Positions 54,753 to 63,581 of a DNA stretch of 64,000 nt are shown here, piece after piece; positions within the stretch are counted from its first letter, which is position 1; every line of letters starts with the position of its first letter. The position numbers were made by a program, and so were the translations under genes. This stretch comes from a virus, in IMG/VR virus record IMGVR_UViG_3300030101_002520, positions 32,001 through 96,000 of that record; one strand, written 5' to 3'. The notes under the pieces were generated by a model. It searched no databases, had not been told where the DNA came from, and was given only the letters and a program-made list of their open reading frames with translations.

Positions 54753-54753
54753 T

Positions 54754-56016
54754 TTATTTCATTGTCATTTTGATGATTTCTGGATTCATCATCATTTTGT
54801 TAAACTTAGTTTTATTACCATTAAAAATAGTTCTAACAATAAGATACTTCAGATCATTAGCAAATACATCTTTAGTACATAATGCTATCAATCTTTCATT
54901 AATCTTTGGTGTTACAGTATTTTCATTAGCATAAACAACTGAATAGTTAGCTAGTCTTGTTGCAAGAGTAGATGCAATATCCGCTCTATATGTGTCACCT
55001 TTTCCTAGAACACTATTTAATTCTCCAATAATGTAATCTTGGTTTTCATGTGTTAACATATCTTTAGGTGTGACCAGCTTGTCTAGTTTGTTGTTAATAA
55101 ACGTAGTAAACATAGAAGCAAATGTGTCCCCAACAGAACCTTCACCAATCATTTGGATCATGCTTAGGTCATCTTCAAACTTTTCAAAACTTGAAATAGA
55201 ATTAAAGAATGCTGTGATGGATCTTGCATTAGTTTCTTTATTAACTAACTCAGGATGCAGTAACAGGAAGTTAATACAACGTGTGTCTATGTGCTGCTCT
55301 TCAGCCCATCTTGCCCATACGTTTGCATCAAACTTCAGGTTAGCAGTAATATACCTAGTCTTTTGTGCTGAGTCAACACTATTAACCATATAGTCACCAT
55401 TATCTGGATTACTAGTTAGTATAATATGCCAATCAGCCGGTAAAGACCATGATATATACTGTTGTCTGTCAACCAATTCCATTACTGCTTGAATAAATCT
55501 AACATCTGCACGGTTCCAGTCATCAAGAAGCAAGATACCACCTTTTTTCTTATCAGCAATCCACTCTGGTGCACAGTAAGACATTCTATTCTTACCAGTC
55601 ATCTTCCATCCTTTTCTTAGATACTCTTCAACTGCAAGTTCATCAACCCATTGGCCAATCTTCTTAGTTATAGTAGAGTCTGCAACTTGTGCAGATGCTG
55701 CAGCTTTCTGAGCTACTGTATAAGAAAGATCATCTATCTTCTTAGGAACTTGTTTTTCTCTAAACATTTGAAACTGTCTAACAGGAAAACCAACTAAGTC
55801 ACCTAATTCTTCTATCTGTGCAAGATTAAGCTTAACAAAATCTAATTCATTTTCTTTAGCTAAATCTAGTACAGCAGATGTCTTACCAATACCTGATTCA
55901 CCAACTACTTCTACAGCAACTGGGTTCTTCCCTTGCTCTTGTAAGAATCTATTATTCTTTATTATATGGTTTACAAAACCTTTTAATTCATCAATATTTA
56001 AATTTACTTGTGCCAT
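54754..56016 (-). CDS. MoxR-like AAA+ ATPase
   Basis: GESGIGKT, LLLDDWNRA, ILTSNP, DSAQKTRY, NARS. Confidence 0.85.
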   Translation of the reverse strand: MAQVNLNIDELKGFVNHIIKNNRFLQEQGKNPVAVEVVGESGIGKTSAVLDLAKENELDFVKLNLAQIEELGDLVGFPVRQFQMFREKQVPKKIDDLSYTVAQKAAASAQVADSTITKKIGQWVDELAVEEYLRKGWKMTGKNRMSYCAPEWIADKKKGGILLLDDWNRADVRFIQAVMELVDRQQYISWSLPADWHIILTSNPDNGDYMVNSVDSAQKTRYITANLKFDANVWARWAEEQHIDTRCINFLLLHPELVNKETNARSITAFFNSISSFEKFEDDLSMIQMIGEGSVGDTFASMFTTFINNKLDKLVTPKDMLTHENQDYIIGELNSVLGKGDTYRADIASTLATRLANYSVVYANENTVTPKINERLIALCTKDVFANDLKYLIVRTIFNGNKTKFNKMMMNPEIIKMTMK

Positions 56017-56017
56017 T

Positions 56018-57184
56018 TTAATGTGTGTTTAATTGTATTGTTTTCCCTGGTAAATGATCAGTCCAATTAGATCTTGCACTAAGAACCCACAATGTGTTCT
56101 TTGGACAATCTTCTGGAGCTGGTGCTTCACCATCTGTTAAATATATAAGGGCAGTATATCTACCTCTCATTTCATTGAAGTGGTCAATAACCGGTTGGAA
56201 GCATGTACCTCCTCTACCTTTTATTTGCCAATCCTTTCTACTATTGAAAGGGGATATATCACTAATACCTGTATCACATTGTGCTACAGTTATTTGATGT
56301 CCCGTTTTCTGAACATGAACCATTTCACTCATAAAGTGTTCTAGTTCCTTCGTGTTAACAGATGCAGAAGTATCAACACCAATCAATATATGATTTTTGT
56401 GTTTGATCTTAAGACCTGGATTATCTGTATACCTTTTGTTGAATTTTCTTCTCAACTTCTTTGTGAAAGTAAACACGGAGTTACCCACAAATCTTTTTAA
56501 ATAACCCTTCCAATCAAATGATGGAGGGAGCACGGTTCTTAGTTTACTAATTAATTCAGCTAATTCACCTGGAATAGTTCCTCTTCTCTTTTCAGTTTGC
56601 TCTGCAGTTTCTTTTAGTTGATGTTCAATCTGTCTTTCAACTAGCTTCTTCTCTGCTTCTGTAAGATCTTCAAACTCTTCCCATGTTTTATGATCATATT
56701 GACTGTCACCATCCATCTGATCTAGTATAGATTCTAGTGACTGACAAGGATTATCCTTGCACTCTTGTTCCAATAAATCATAATACTTTTTAGTACCGGC
56801 TTTCTTTGGTAGCTTTAGTTCAGCAAAACTATCTAAAGTCAAACCACCTTCAGGAAGCATGTTTGCATCTATATACTGATTGATCTCAAGATCTGCAGCA
56901 ATATTAAACAACTTCTTGTTAGGATAAGAGTCTCTCATCATAAGATGACCAAATGATACATGCAATAGTTCATGTTTAAGTAAACCTATCTGGTGTTCAT
57001 CTGGTAACTTCATAAAGAAATCCGGGTTAATAGATAGTTGTATACCTATACCATTTTTACTGACACCCGCTGTTGGGACGTCTTTTCTTATTTTCTTGTT
57101 AAGTCCAATAAGAAAGAGCCCATAAAAGGGCTCTCTTAATATTAGTGACTTACAAGCTCTTGCTAATTTATCCTGTATGTCCAT
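56018..57184 (-). CDS. Metallopeptidase (HExxH) + vWA domain protein (DUF2201-like)
   Basis: VPTAGV, HELLH, NIAADLEIN, MIDAS-like DTSAS, GRGGT, YLTDG. Confidence 0.85.
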   Translation of the reverse strand: MDIQDKLARACKSLILREPFYGLFLIGLNKKIRKDVPTAGVSKNGIGIQLSINPDFFMKLPDEHQIGLLKHELLHVSFGHLMMRDSYPNKKLFNIAADLEINQYIDANMLPEGGLTLDSFAELKLPKKAGTKKYYDLLEQECKDNPCQSLESILDQMDGDSQYDHKTWEEFEDLTEAEKKLVERQIEHQLKETAEQTEKRRGTIPGELAELISKLRTVLPPSFDWKGYLKRFVGNSVFTFTKKLRRKFNKRYTDNPGLKIKHKNHILIGVDTSASVNTKELEHFMSEMVHVQKTGHQITVAQCDTGISDISPFNSRKDWQIKGRGGTCFQPVIDHFNEMRGRYTALIYLTDGEAPAPEDCPKNTLWVLSARSNWTDHLPGKTIQLNTH

Positions 57185-57527
57185 TCCAATTTAATTTTAT
57201 ATCAACGTTACTAATAAATGACCAAGTATTTTTAAAGACAGGAAGCATCTGCTCATGTACTTCATATTCTACTATATCTCTTTCAGTATGATGTAAACTT
57301 TTCTTTAAATTTTTAAACATATCATTCCATTCTTTAATAGCATAACTATCTAACTTAAATTTTTCACAAAAGTCTTGTCTTCTACCAAACATTAAAGATT
57401 TAGCAAACATCATTAATACTATATTATTTAGTTTTAGATTTTTTATATTCTCACATGCAACTGTATAATCTTCATCAGATGCATGTAGTAGTTCTCTTAA
57501 TTTTATATATTCTTCTAATTTAATCAT
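57168..57527 (-). CDS. Hypothetical helical protein
   Basis: 119 aa. N-terminal LEEYIKLRELLHASDEDYTVACENI resembles the helical motif of the two downstream paralogs. Confidence 0.55.
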   Translation of the reverse strand: MIKLEEYIKLRELLHASDEDYTVACENIKNLKLNNIVLMMFAKSLMFGRRQDFCEKFKLDSYAIKEWNDMFKNLKKSLHHTERDIVEYEVHEQMLPVFKNTWSFISNVDIKLNWNGHTG

Positions 57528-57867
57528 TGATTTTCATTGTTTTAATCATCCACAAGGGTAGTTTTTTCTTGTGTATGTTATCTAACCATTCTTTGGCAGA
57601 GGGAATGTAGTTATTACAATCCTCTCTTACATGCTGCTCTGCAACATATCTTGTATAAACAGGTTTACCATCTGAATTTGTAAATACTGGCCCGAATTTT
57701 CTTTCACATTCAAATATACCTTCACTATGATGACGAAACATTCTGTGTAAGTGATTGCCCACCCAACTTTTTGTTGCATCTAACCAGTTATGTATATGTA
57801 TGTAATCATCAGGACACCCACCAAACTTCTTTACAGAAGATTTGGCATGAATATTTGGATGTGCCAT
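57520..57867 (-). CDS. DUF6915-like His-rich protein
   Basis: MAHPNIHAKSSVKKFGG..DY..IH.WLD..K..HRMFRHHSEG..EQHVRED. Confidence 0.75.
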   Translation of the reverse strand: MAHPNIHAKSSVKKFGGCPDDYIHIHNWLDATKSWVGNHLHRMFRHHSEGIFECERKFGPVFTNSDGKPVYTRYVAEQHVREDCNNYIPSAKEWLDNIHKKKLPLWMIKTMKIND

Positions 57868-58244
57868 TAAAAGAAATGTTGTTTATTATCAGTACTAAAA
57901 TCTATATCATCATAATAATGATCTTCACAAACACGTTGTGTATGATTAATATTAACTTTCCATGGAGTTTTTGTACAATCAATTATCATTTGACCGTATC
58001 CTCCATCATTATTAATCCAATCCCATTCTATATGCTGACTTAACGTATCATATAATAAGTCATCCCACTCTGCTTCTACTTCACCATCTAATTTAACATC
58101 AATAGTATCACCATTAATGTCTTCATATCTAACTTCATCTAAACATCCGTCATCACCACCACCATTATAATCTACTTCTATTTTTGCTATATTGTGATCT
58201 TTAATCACTTGAACTGCTAGGTTTCTTTTTAACTTTGTTTCCAT
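57867..58244 (-). CDS. DUF6878-like acidic protein
   Basis: VDYNGGGDDG...DWINNDGGYG. Confidence 0.65.
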   Translation of the reverse strand: METKLKRNLAVQVIKDHNIAKIEVDYNGGGDDGCLDEVRYEDINGDTIDVKLDGEVEAEWDDLLYDTLSQHIEWDWINNDGGYGQMIIDCTKTPWKVNINHTQRVCEDHYYDDIDFSTDNKQHFF

Positions 58245-58608
58245 TTTTAATTAACTTAATTTCTACACCGGGGTTTTCCTTATCATATTCATAAGGTTCA
58301 AATACGGGTAGAATGTTTTCACAATTGTCATCATCAATCCAATTATGTTTAACCATATCATCTTGCACTGTCTGTGCAGGATTAATATAATCAAACTTGT
58401 GTTTAGATCCTCTGATGAATTTAAATGATATCTTAACAGGTAACTCAAGTTTAGATAGTTGTTTTCTAAACCCTTTTCTATACATATCATAGTATTTGGC
58501 TGTTGCTTTTCTATACTTAGTTGTTGCTTTGCTGGACACAAAATACCTTCCTGTCCATCTACGTCCATTTTTACTACTTGGTACGTTACCTGGTATAAAC
58601 CATTTCAT
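58201..58608 (-). CDS. RusA-like Holliday junction resolvase
   Basis: PGNVPSSKN, KFDYINP..VQDDM...IDDDN. Confidence 0.75.
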   Translation of the reverse strand: MKWFIPGNVPSSKNGRRWTGRYFVSSKATTKYRKATAKYYDMYRKGFRKQLSKLELPVKISFKFIRGSKHKFDYINPAQTVQDDMVKHNWIDDDNCENILPVFEPYEYDKENPGVEIKLIKNGNKVKKKPSSSSD

Positions 58609-59561
58609 AAAATACTTTTAAGTTTAACTTTTATTTCTTTATGAGCATCATCAAAGCCTTTCTCTTTTACAAGATCAGCAATGTCTTTGCTACTGTCTAA
58701 CCATGTCCCGGATATGTTATACAGCTCTTTATACTTCTTAACTGCATTATGTCCAGCAACATCATTATCAAATAAAGTTACAACTTTTTTATAATTTTTC
58801 TTAAAATTTTCAATCATATAAGGTTTTATTACAGTATTCTCTGAGTCAGGTGCAACAACTTCAATGTTATATCCAAATTGTTTTAAACACATTGCATCTT
58901 TCAAAGAAGAACATATAATAAGATAAGGTTGTTTAAATTCTAATTGATCTAATCCTTGAAGCCAAGGTTTAACTTTAATAAATTTAAACTTCTTATTTCT
59001 TGGTTGATAAATTTTATAAACTTCACCTACACTAGCCCAGTATCCATATATATAAGGTTGTTGTATAGTAATTCTGTCATTCTCTTTAACCATATGATAA
59101 TAATCTATAGCCGTTACATTGTATTTATTTAATATATCTTCACCAATATTAAATTGTAACCAAAACTTCTTATCATATTTATTCCATGCTCTTACTACTA
59201 CACCATCAACTTTATACTTTGCTTCTGGTTTTAATGTAGACTGTGTGTATGCACCTTTATCTGTAATAAACTTGTTATAGTCCTGACCTATTTTAAATAC
59301 AGCTTTAGAATAATCTATATTAAATAACTCTTTGACTAAGTCAATTCTATTACCACCTTTACCTGTAGAAAAATCTTTAAATTTATATTGACCCTTGTCT
59401 ACAAATACCCACATGCTTGGAGTTCTTTCTGATGGGTGAAATACAGATTTAATCTGTACATTCTGCCCATTTAGTCTTTCTGGTAAATCCAAATAGAACT
59501 CAAACACCCATGTACTTGGAACTTTAGATCCATCTAATATGAGATTCTTTGTACTTATCAT
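58605..59561 (-). CDS. DNA primase (DnaG-like TOPRIM, Cys-less N-domain)
   Basis: SVFHPSERTPS..FKDFSTGKGG, ICSSLKDA, LFDNDVAG, KDIAD. Confidence 0.8.
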   Translation of the reverse strand: MISTKNLILDGSKVPSTWVFEFYLDLPERLNGQNVQIKSVFHPSERTPSMWVFVDKGQYKFKDFSTGKGGNRIDLVKELFNIDYSKAVFKIGQDYNKFITDKGAYTQSTLKPEAKYKVDGVVVRAWNKYDKKFWLQFNIGEDILNKYNVTAIDYYHMVKENDRITIQQPYIYGYWASVGEVYKIYQPRNKKFKFIKVKPWLQGLDQLEFKQPYLIICSSLKDAMCLKQFGYNIEVVAPDSENTVIKPYMIENFKKNYKKVVTLFDNDVAGHNAVKKYKELYNISGTWLDSSKDIADLVKEKGFDDAHKEIKVKLKSIL

Positions 59562-59570
59562 AGTTAATAG

Positions 59571-59595
59571 AAAAGGGAGGACGTGCCTCCCCTTT
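59571..59595 (-). terminator. Intrinsic terminator after the SSB gene
   Basis: AAAA-GGGAGG-acgtg-CCTCCC-CTTT. Confidence 0.65.
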
Positions 59596-59622
59596 CAGTG
59601 TTAACTTAATAATAACTAATTA

Positions 59623-60318
59623 TTAAAGCTCAAAATCAGAACCTGATCCTGAGTTTGCTTTAAATGGTGTTTCATCATTAGAAGACTCTTTCTTAACTAA
59701 AGCTTTTACATGCACAGCACGATCAAACTTAAGTAATCTAGAATTTTCTTTGTCTAATGCTTCCATTGCAATTCCATCTTTAGATATACGTGGTAAGTAA
59801 AGATCATTATTTACATAACCTTCTTTGTTTTCCCACTCACGGCCACCAATGCACATATTAATAAGTTTAGAAGCACCCATTAATCTGTCACATTCAGTCA
59901 TAAACTCTTCTATAGTTTGTGCTTCAATAGAATCTAATCCATCTCTCATATCTAATGTTTCAGCAAGAGTAATCATATGCTTTAAGATCTCTTGATCTCT
60001 ACTAATTTCTCTACCACTTGGTAATGTAGTATCTTTAAATGGAAAAGGACTAATCCTTACTCTACCAATTTGACCGTCATATCTACCTTTAGATTGATCA
60101 TTATAGTCTCTAAAGAAACCTTCAAAGCCACCTCCAATAGGTGCAGTTTCTACATGTAAATGTATATTGTATGACTCTGAATCATACGGTGTTTGATCTA
60201 ATGTAATAGAATTAATCTTTACTACATGGTTACCTGGATCTAATACAGGCTTTGTGCGTCCGCTTCCAGCAGACATGTCTTTAGTATTTAGCATAACTTT
60301 ATTTTTTACTTCATTCAT
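59623..60318 (-). CDS. Putative single-stranded DNA-binding protein
   Basis: OB-fold-like (LDPGNHVVKI...GREWENKEG) with acidic/aromatic tail GSDFEL, downstream of the Sak4-like gene. Confidence 0.65.
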   Translation of the reverse strand: MNEVKNKVMLNTKDMSAGSGRTKPVLDPGNHVVKINSITLDQTPYDSESYNIHLHVETAPIGGGFEGFFRDYNDQSKGRYDGQIGRVRISPFPFKDTTLPSGREISRDQEILKHMITLAETLDMRDGLDSIEAQTIEEFMTECDRLMGASKLINMCIGGREWENKEGYVNNDLYLPRISKDGIAMEALDKENSRLLKFDRAVHVKALVKKESSNDETPFKANSGSGSDFEL

Positions 60319-60323
60319 TTTTA

Positions 60324-61007
60324 TTAATTTTCATATTCAATAATAGCATCTTTAACAACTTGTAATGAATTATTTATACGTGCATCAGCAAACATACCGT
60401 CTGGTGACTTACAAGTATTTTCTCCATTATTAACTGTTTCAAATACATAACTTAACTTATCATCTTCTCCTTTGACAACTTTGCCAAATAGAACTATAGA
60501 GAATAGACCTTCCAAAGTTAAAGCATTATCTATCATTTTACCTACAGTTTTTGCTTTTACTTTTCTGTGTCCATTCACATCTGTTGATTCTTCAGAGTGT
60601 GTAAGAAAGAATATATATAAGTCATCTCTCATGTCTTTAGGCATCTTAGCAACTTGTGCAAGATTCTTTGCAATAGAGGTAAACTTATCATAACCTTTCT
60701 CATCAGCTCTATCAAAGTACTCAAAGCTGGACATATACTGCCAGTCATCAATTACTAAATTTTTAATATGAGGCATTTTATCATTAACATGCATCATAGC
60801 TTTCATAATCCCTGCAGCAGTAGCTGTAGCAGCCATATTGCCTTTTGGATTATCTTTACCAATCATTGCATAATTCTTTTTCCATCCTTTAAATGGTAAA
60901 GGTTTATTAGCAATGTTAATTATAAACGTCTCTTTAGGATCTAAATCCCTAATTGATGTTGATTTACCTGACCCGGAGTCAGCTATAACTAATACAGATT
61001 GTGCCAT
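60324..61007 (-). CDS. AAA_24 / Sak4-like ATPase (single-strand annealing)
   Basis: ADSGSGKST, LVIDD, FLTH, KTVGKM, CKSP.GMF. Confidence 0.8.
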   Translation of the reverse strand: MAQSVLVIADSGSGKSTSIRDLDPKETFIINIANKPLPFKGWKKNYAMIGKDNPKGNMAATATAAGIMKAMMHVNDKMPHIKNLVIDDWQYMSSFEYFDRADEKGYDKFTSIAKNLAQVAKMPKDMRDDLYIFFLTHSEESTDVNGHRKVKAKTVGKMIDNALTLEGLFSIVLFGKVVKGEDDKLSYVFETVNNGENTCKSPDGMFADARINNSLQVVKDAIIEYEN

Positions 61008-61008
61008 T

Positions 61009-61482
61009 TTATTTACTTAATTTTTGGTTTATACTTAATAATGCTCTTTCAATTCCTTTAAGAACATCTACTATATCTCTTTCATCTGGATTCTTAATTG
61101 CAACTTTTTCTTCAATTGCACTTGATCTATCAGTTACATCATTAATAACTTTAAGTTCACTTACAGGTACAATATGTCTCTCAAATCCAGAACTACTAAT
61201 AACTTTTTCATATTCTTCAGCCCAATGTTTATTGTGCTTTAGTAAATATAGTGTTCTTTTAGGATCTTCTGATTCATATTCAATACTTACAAATTCAGTA
61301 AATATATCTTTACCTTTTTGAAATTCACTTGGAAAGAATGATACATGTAGTTCATCTTTACCGGATGGCCTGTATGCCATCTTAGGAATATATAATGCAT
61401 TTGTATTATCTGTTCTTTCAAAATAATTTAAATGCTCTTTTTTTAATTCTAATACTTTTGCTTTACGCTCTTGTGGTGTCAT
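61009..61482 (-). CDS. Hypothetical protein
   Basis: 157-aa ORF tightly packed in the replication operon. Confidence 0.6.
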   Translation of the reverse strand: MTPQERKAKVLELKKEHLNYFERTDNTNALYIPKMAYRPSGKDELHVSFFPSEFQKGKDIFTEFVSIEYESEDPKRTLYLLKHNKHWAEEYEKVISSSGFERHIVPVSELKVINDVTDRSSAIEEKVAIKNPDERDIVDVLKGIERALLSINQKLSK

Positions 61483-61485
61483 ATA

Positions 61486-62442
61486 TTATCTTCTTTGTTG
61501 TTGAGGTGGTGTATCCATCTCAGTTATTTGCATTCTTTCAAATTGTGCTTTGAAGAAACTCATACGTGTATCACCATTTCTTGCTTTTAGAAAGTGTAAT
61601 ACAAGAGTTCTATCATCTTCTATTATATATCTATCAGGACCATAATATCTAATCTTTTGTTTAGCAGGCCGGTTGATACCAATTAAAGTATCAGCATGTT
61701 GTAACATTGCATCTGAACCAAATATATCTGATTCTAATACATAGTTACCATACTTACCATCTTGTGCTCTGTCTGGATTATCTATGTTCCTATTTAATTG
61801 TGATAAACATATAAACATACATGGATAGTCTCTTTTACATTGTGTAAAGAACTCACCTAATTCAAATAACATATCTAATCTGTTATTCTGATATGGTGCT
61901 CTCTTTACTAAAATACTATGATCAAGAGTTATAATAGTTTTTTTACCTTGATGTAAATTCATATAGATATCTACTTGATCTCTCATTTGATTTACAGTCA
62001 TTGGTGTAGTAATTATATCTACAGGACTTTTAACTCTATTCTTTGCATACGCATGACATTTGTCAAATGTATCCTTCTGTAAAGTTGTTCCTGCACTACA
62101 TAATTCTTTATATGTTTTACCAGTTAGAGACGAAAATTCTCTTAATGCTGATGTTCTACCAACCATTTCAAAGCTAAATTCTAATACTCTATACTCTTCA
62201 GCTGGATTTAGAATGAAAGATTCTCTTACTATCTGATCCTTGATCAAAGTTTTACCTGATCCAGGTCTTCCCCCAATGACTGTAAGAGTATTCCATTCTA
62301 ATCCATCTGTAATAGCATCATTAAACTTAGGCCATGGAGTTTGTATAGATTTCTCTTTACCACTCTGCCTAGCAAGCATATATTTCAGTGCTTCATTAAA
62401 AGACTGATATTGTCCGTCCCATGCTGGTTTAATTTTGCTCAT
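61486..62442 (-). CDS. dnaB: DnaB-like replicative helicase (C-terminal RecA domain only)
   Basis: GGRPGSGKT, FSFEM, LDH, LSQLNR, SDAMLQHAD, KARNG. Confidence 0.88.
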   Translation of the reverse strand: MSKIKPAWDGQYQSFNEALKYMLARQSGKEKSIQTPWPKFNDAITDGLEWNTLTVIGGRPGSGKTLIKDQIVRESFILNPAEEYRVLEFSFEMVGRTSALREFSSLTGKTYKELCSAGTTLQKDTFDKCHAYAKNRVKSPVDIITTPMTVNQMRDQVDIYMNLHQGKKTIITLDHSILVKRAPYQNNRLDMLFELGEFFTQCKRDYPCMFICLSQLNRNIDNPDRAQDGKYGNYVLESDIFGSDAMLQHADTLIGINRPAKQKIRYYGPDRYIIEDDRTLVLHFLKARNGDTRMSFFKAQFERMQITEMDTPPQQQRR

Positions 62443-63041
62443 ACTACTTTCTCTTTAAAATGATCTTTAGTTTCTGGCTCAACACCATCTCTAACCATAT
62501 CACAATAATCAGCTAACTCTGAATGCTTTACCTTATGTTTATCTGATTTACAAATAAAATATTGACTTGTCTTCATATACATATAATCTTTATCTCTATA
62601 TTCATCTATGTACATTACTGTTGCTTGTGTAACCTCATCCCATGAATAATCATAAGTATCAAAGAACCATCTAAATGCATTTTCTAACGTTTTAACATTC
62701 TGCCTACCTGGTTTACCACTTGGTAATTTACCTGCAGGCCATGCTTCTCTATATAACTTAAGCATATCTGCATAACCTTTACCAAGCAATTGTGTTGTGG
62801 TTCTTTTCTTTGCTACTCTAAAGTACTGATCATATTTAACACATAAACTCTTACCTTTTTTAGTTAAAATTAACTTGTTATCTTTATTATATACTGCTAA
62901 CTCTAAACTAAATATTTGTGATGCATCTTTTGCATTTACTCCATTAGGAAAGAAAGTAATACTATTCTTTATCCCATACAAGAGAAGTAATTGGTTCGGT
63001 GTAAGCTTGTCCTTTAATATCTTCTGGAATAGTTCTAACAT
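62439..63041 (-). CDS. Putative replication initiator/helicase-associated protein
   Basis: N-terminal winged-helix-like segment (LILTKKG) and helical C-domain. ATGA overlap with dnaB. Confidence 0.45.
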   Translation of the reverse strand: MLELFQKILKDKLTPNQLLLLYGIKNSITFFPNGVNAKDASQIFSLELAVYNKDNKLILTKKGKSLCVKYDQYFRVAKKRTTTQLLGKGYADMLKLYREAWPAGKLPSGKPGRQNVKTLENAFRWFFDTYDYSWDEVTQATVMYIDEYRDKDYMYMKTSQYFICKSDKHKVKHSELADYCDMVRDGVEPETKDHFKEKVV

Positions 63042-63513
63042 AATTTCTAATATTTTCTTTTAATTTTTTATAAGCCTGACAAACTATAGGATCACCTATA
63101 TCTAATAAAGTTGTAGCTTGTCTAATGCTATGTAATACACTAGCATGATGTTTATTAATATGAGAACCTGTATATTGTAAAGTAAACCCCATCTTATTAC
63201 ATATATAACAAAATAACTGTTTAAATACTACAAACTCTCTAATTCTACAATCTTTACCTAAAGATCTCCATCCTTTAAAATCAGGATATTGTTCTCTCAT
63301 TGTCTTTAATACTAGTTTTTCTAGTATCTCTATAGTTTTAATCTGATGTGCCTCTTTCATTGCATGTATTTCATCTTCCCATTGTTTGACGTTAAATACA
63401 ACACTAGATTTATCACTGACTAAAATATTCAAATATTTTTTATATTTATTTTCAAATTTTTTTTTGAATGACTGTATATCATTAGTCATTTCAATTATAT
63501 CTTCTTTAAACAT
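62962..63513 (-). CDS. DnaA C-terminal-type HTH DNA-binding protein
   Basis: RIREFVVFKQLFCYIC...TLQYTGSHINKHHASVLHSIRQ. Confidence 0.7.
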   Translation of the reverse strand: MFKEDIIEMTNDIQSFKKKFENKYKKYLNILVSDKSSVVFNVKQWEDEIHAMKEAHQIKTIEILEKLVLKTMREQYPDFKGWRSLGKDCRIREFVVFKQLFCYICNKMGFTLQYTGSHINKHHASVLHSIRQATTLLDIGDPIVCQAYKKLKENIRNYVRTIPEDIKGQAYTEPITSLVWDKE

Positions 63514-63526
63514 AATACGTGGTTTG

Positions 63527-63534
63527 CAAAGATA
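63527..63534 (-). promoter_or_regulatory. Bacteroidota sigma70 -7 element TATCTTTG heading the replication operon
   Basis: TAnnTTTG, 13 nt upstream of the ATG at 63513. Confidence 0.65.
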
Positions 63535-63581
63535 ACAAAAATTGTGTATCTTTAATTATATAATTATAAAAACTTATAGCA

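Noticed and set aside
45578-63063. Short + strand ORFs within the minus-strand replication block (e.g. 45578-45781, 55070-55393, 61001-61321) and alternate-frame 58263-58568
   Set aside because: Overlap motif-supported genes and have no independent evidence.
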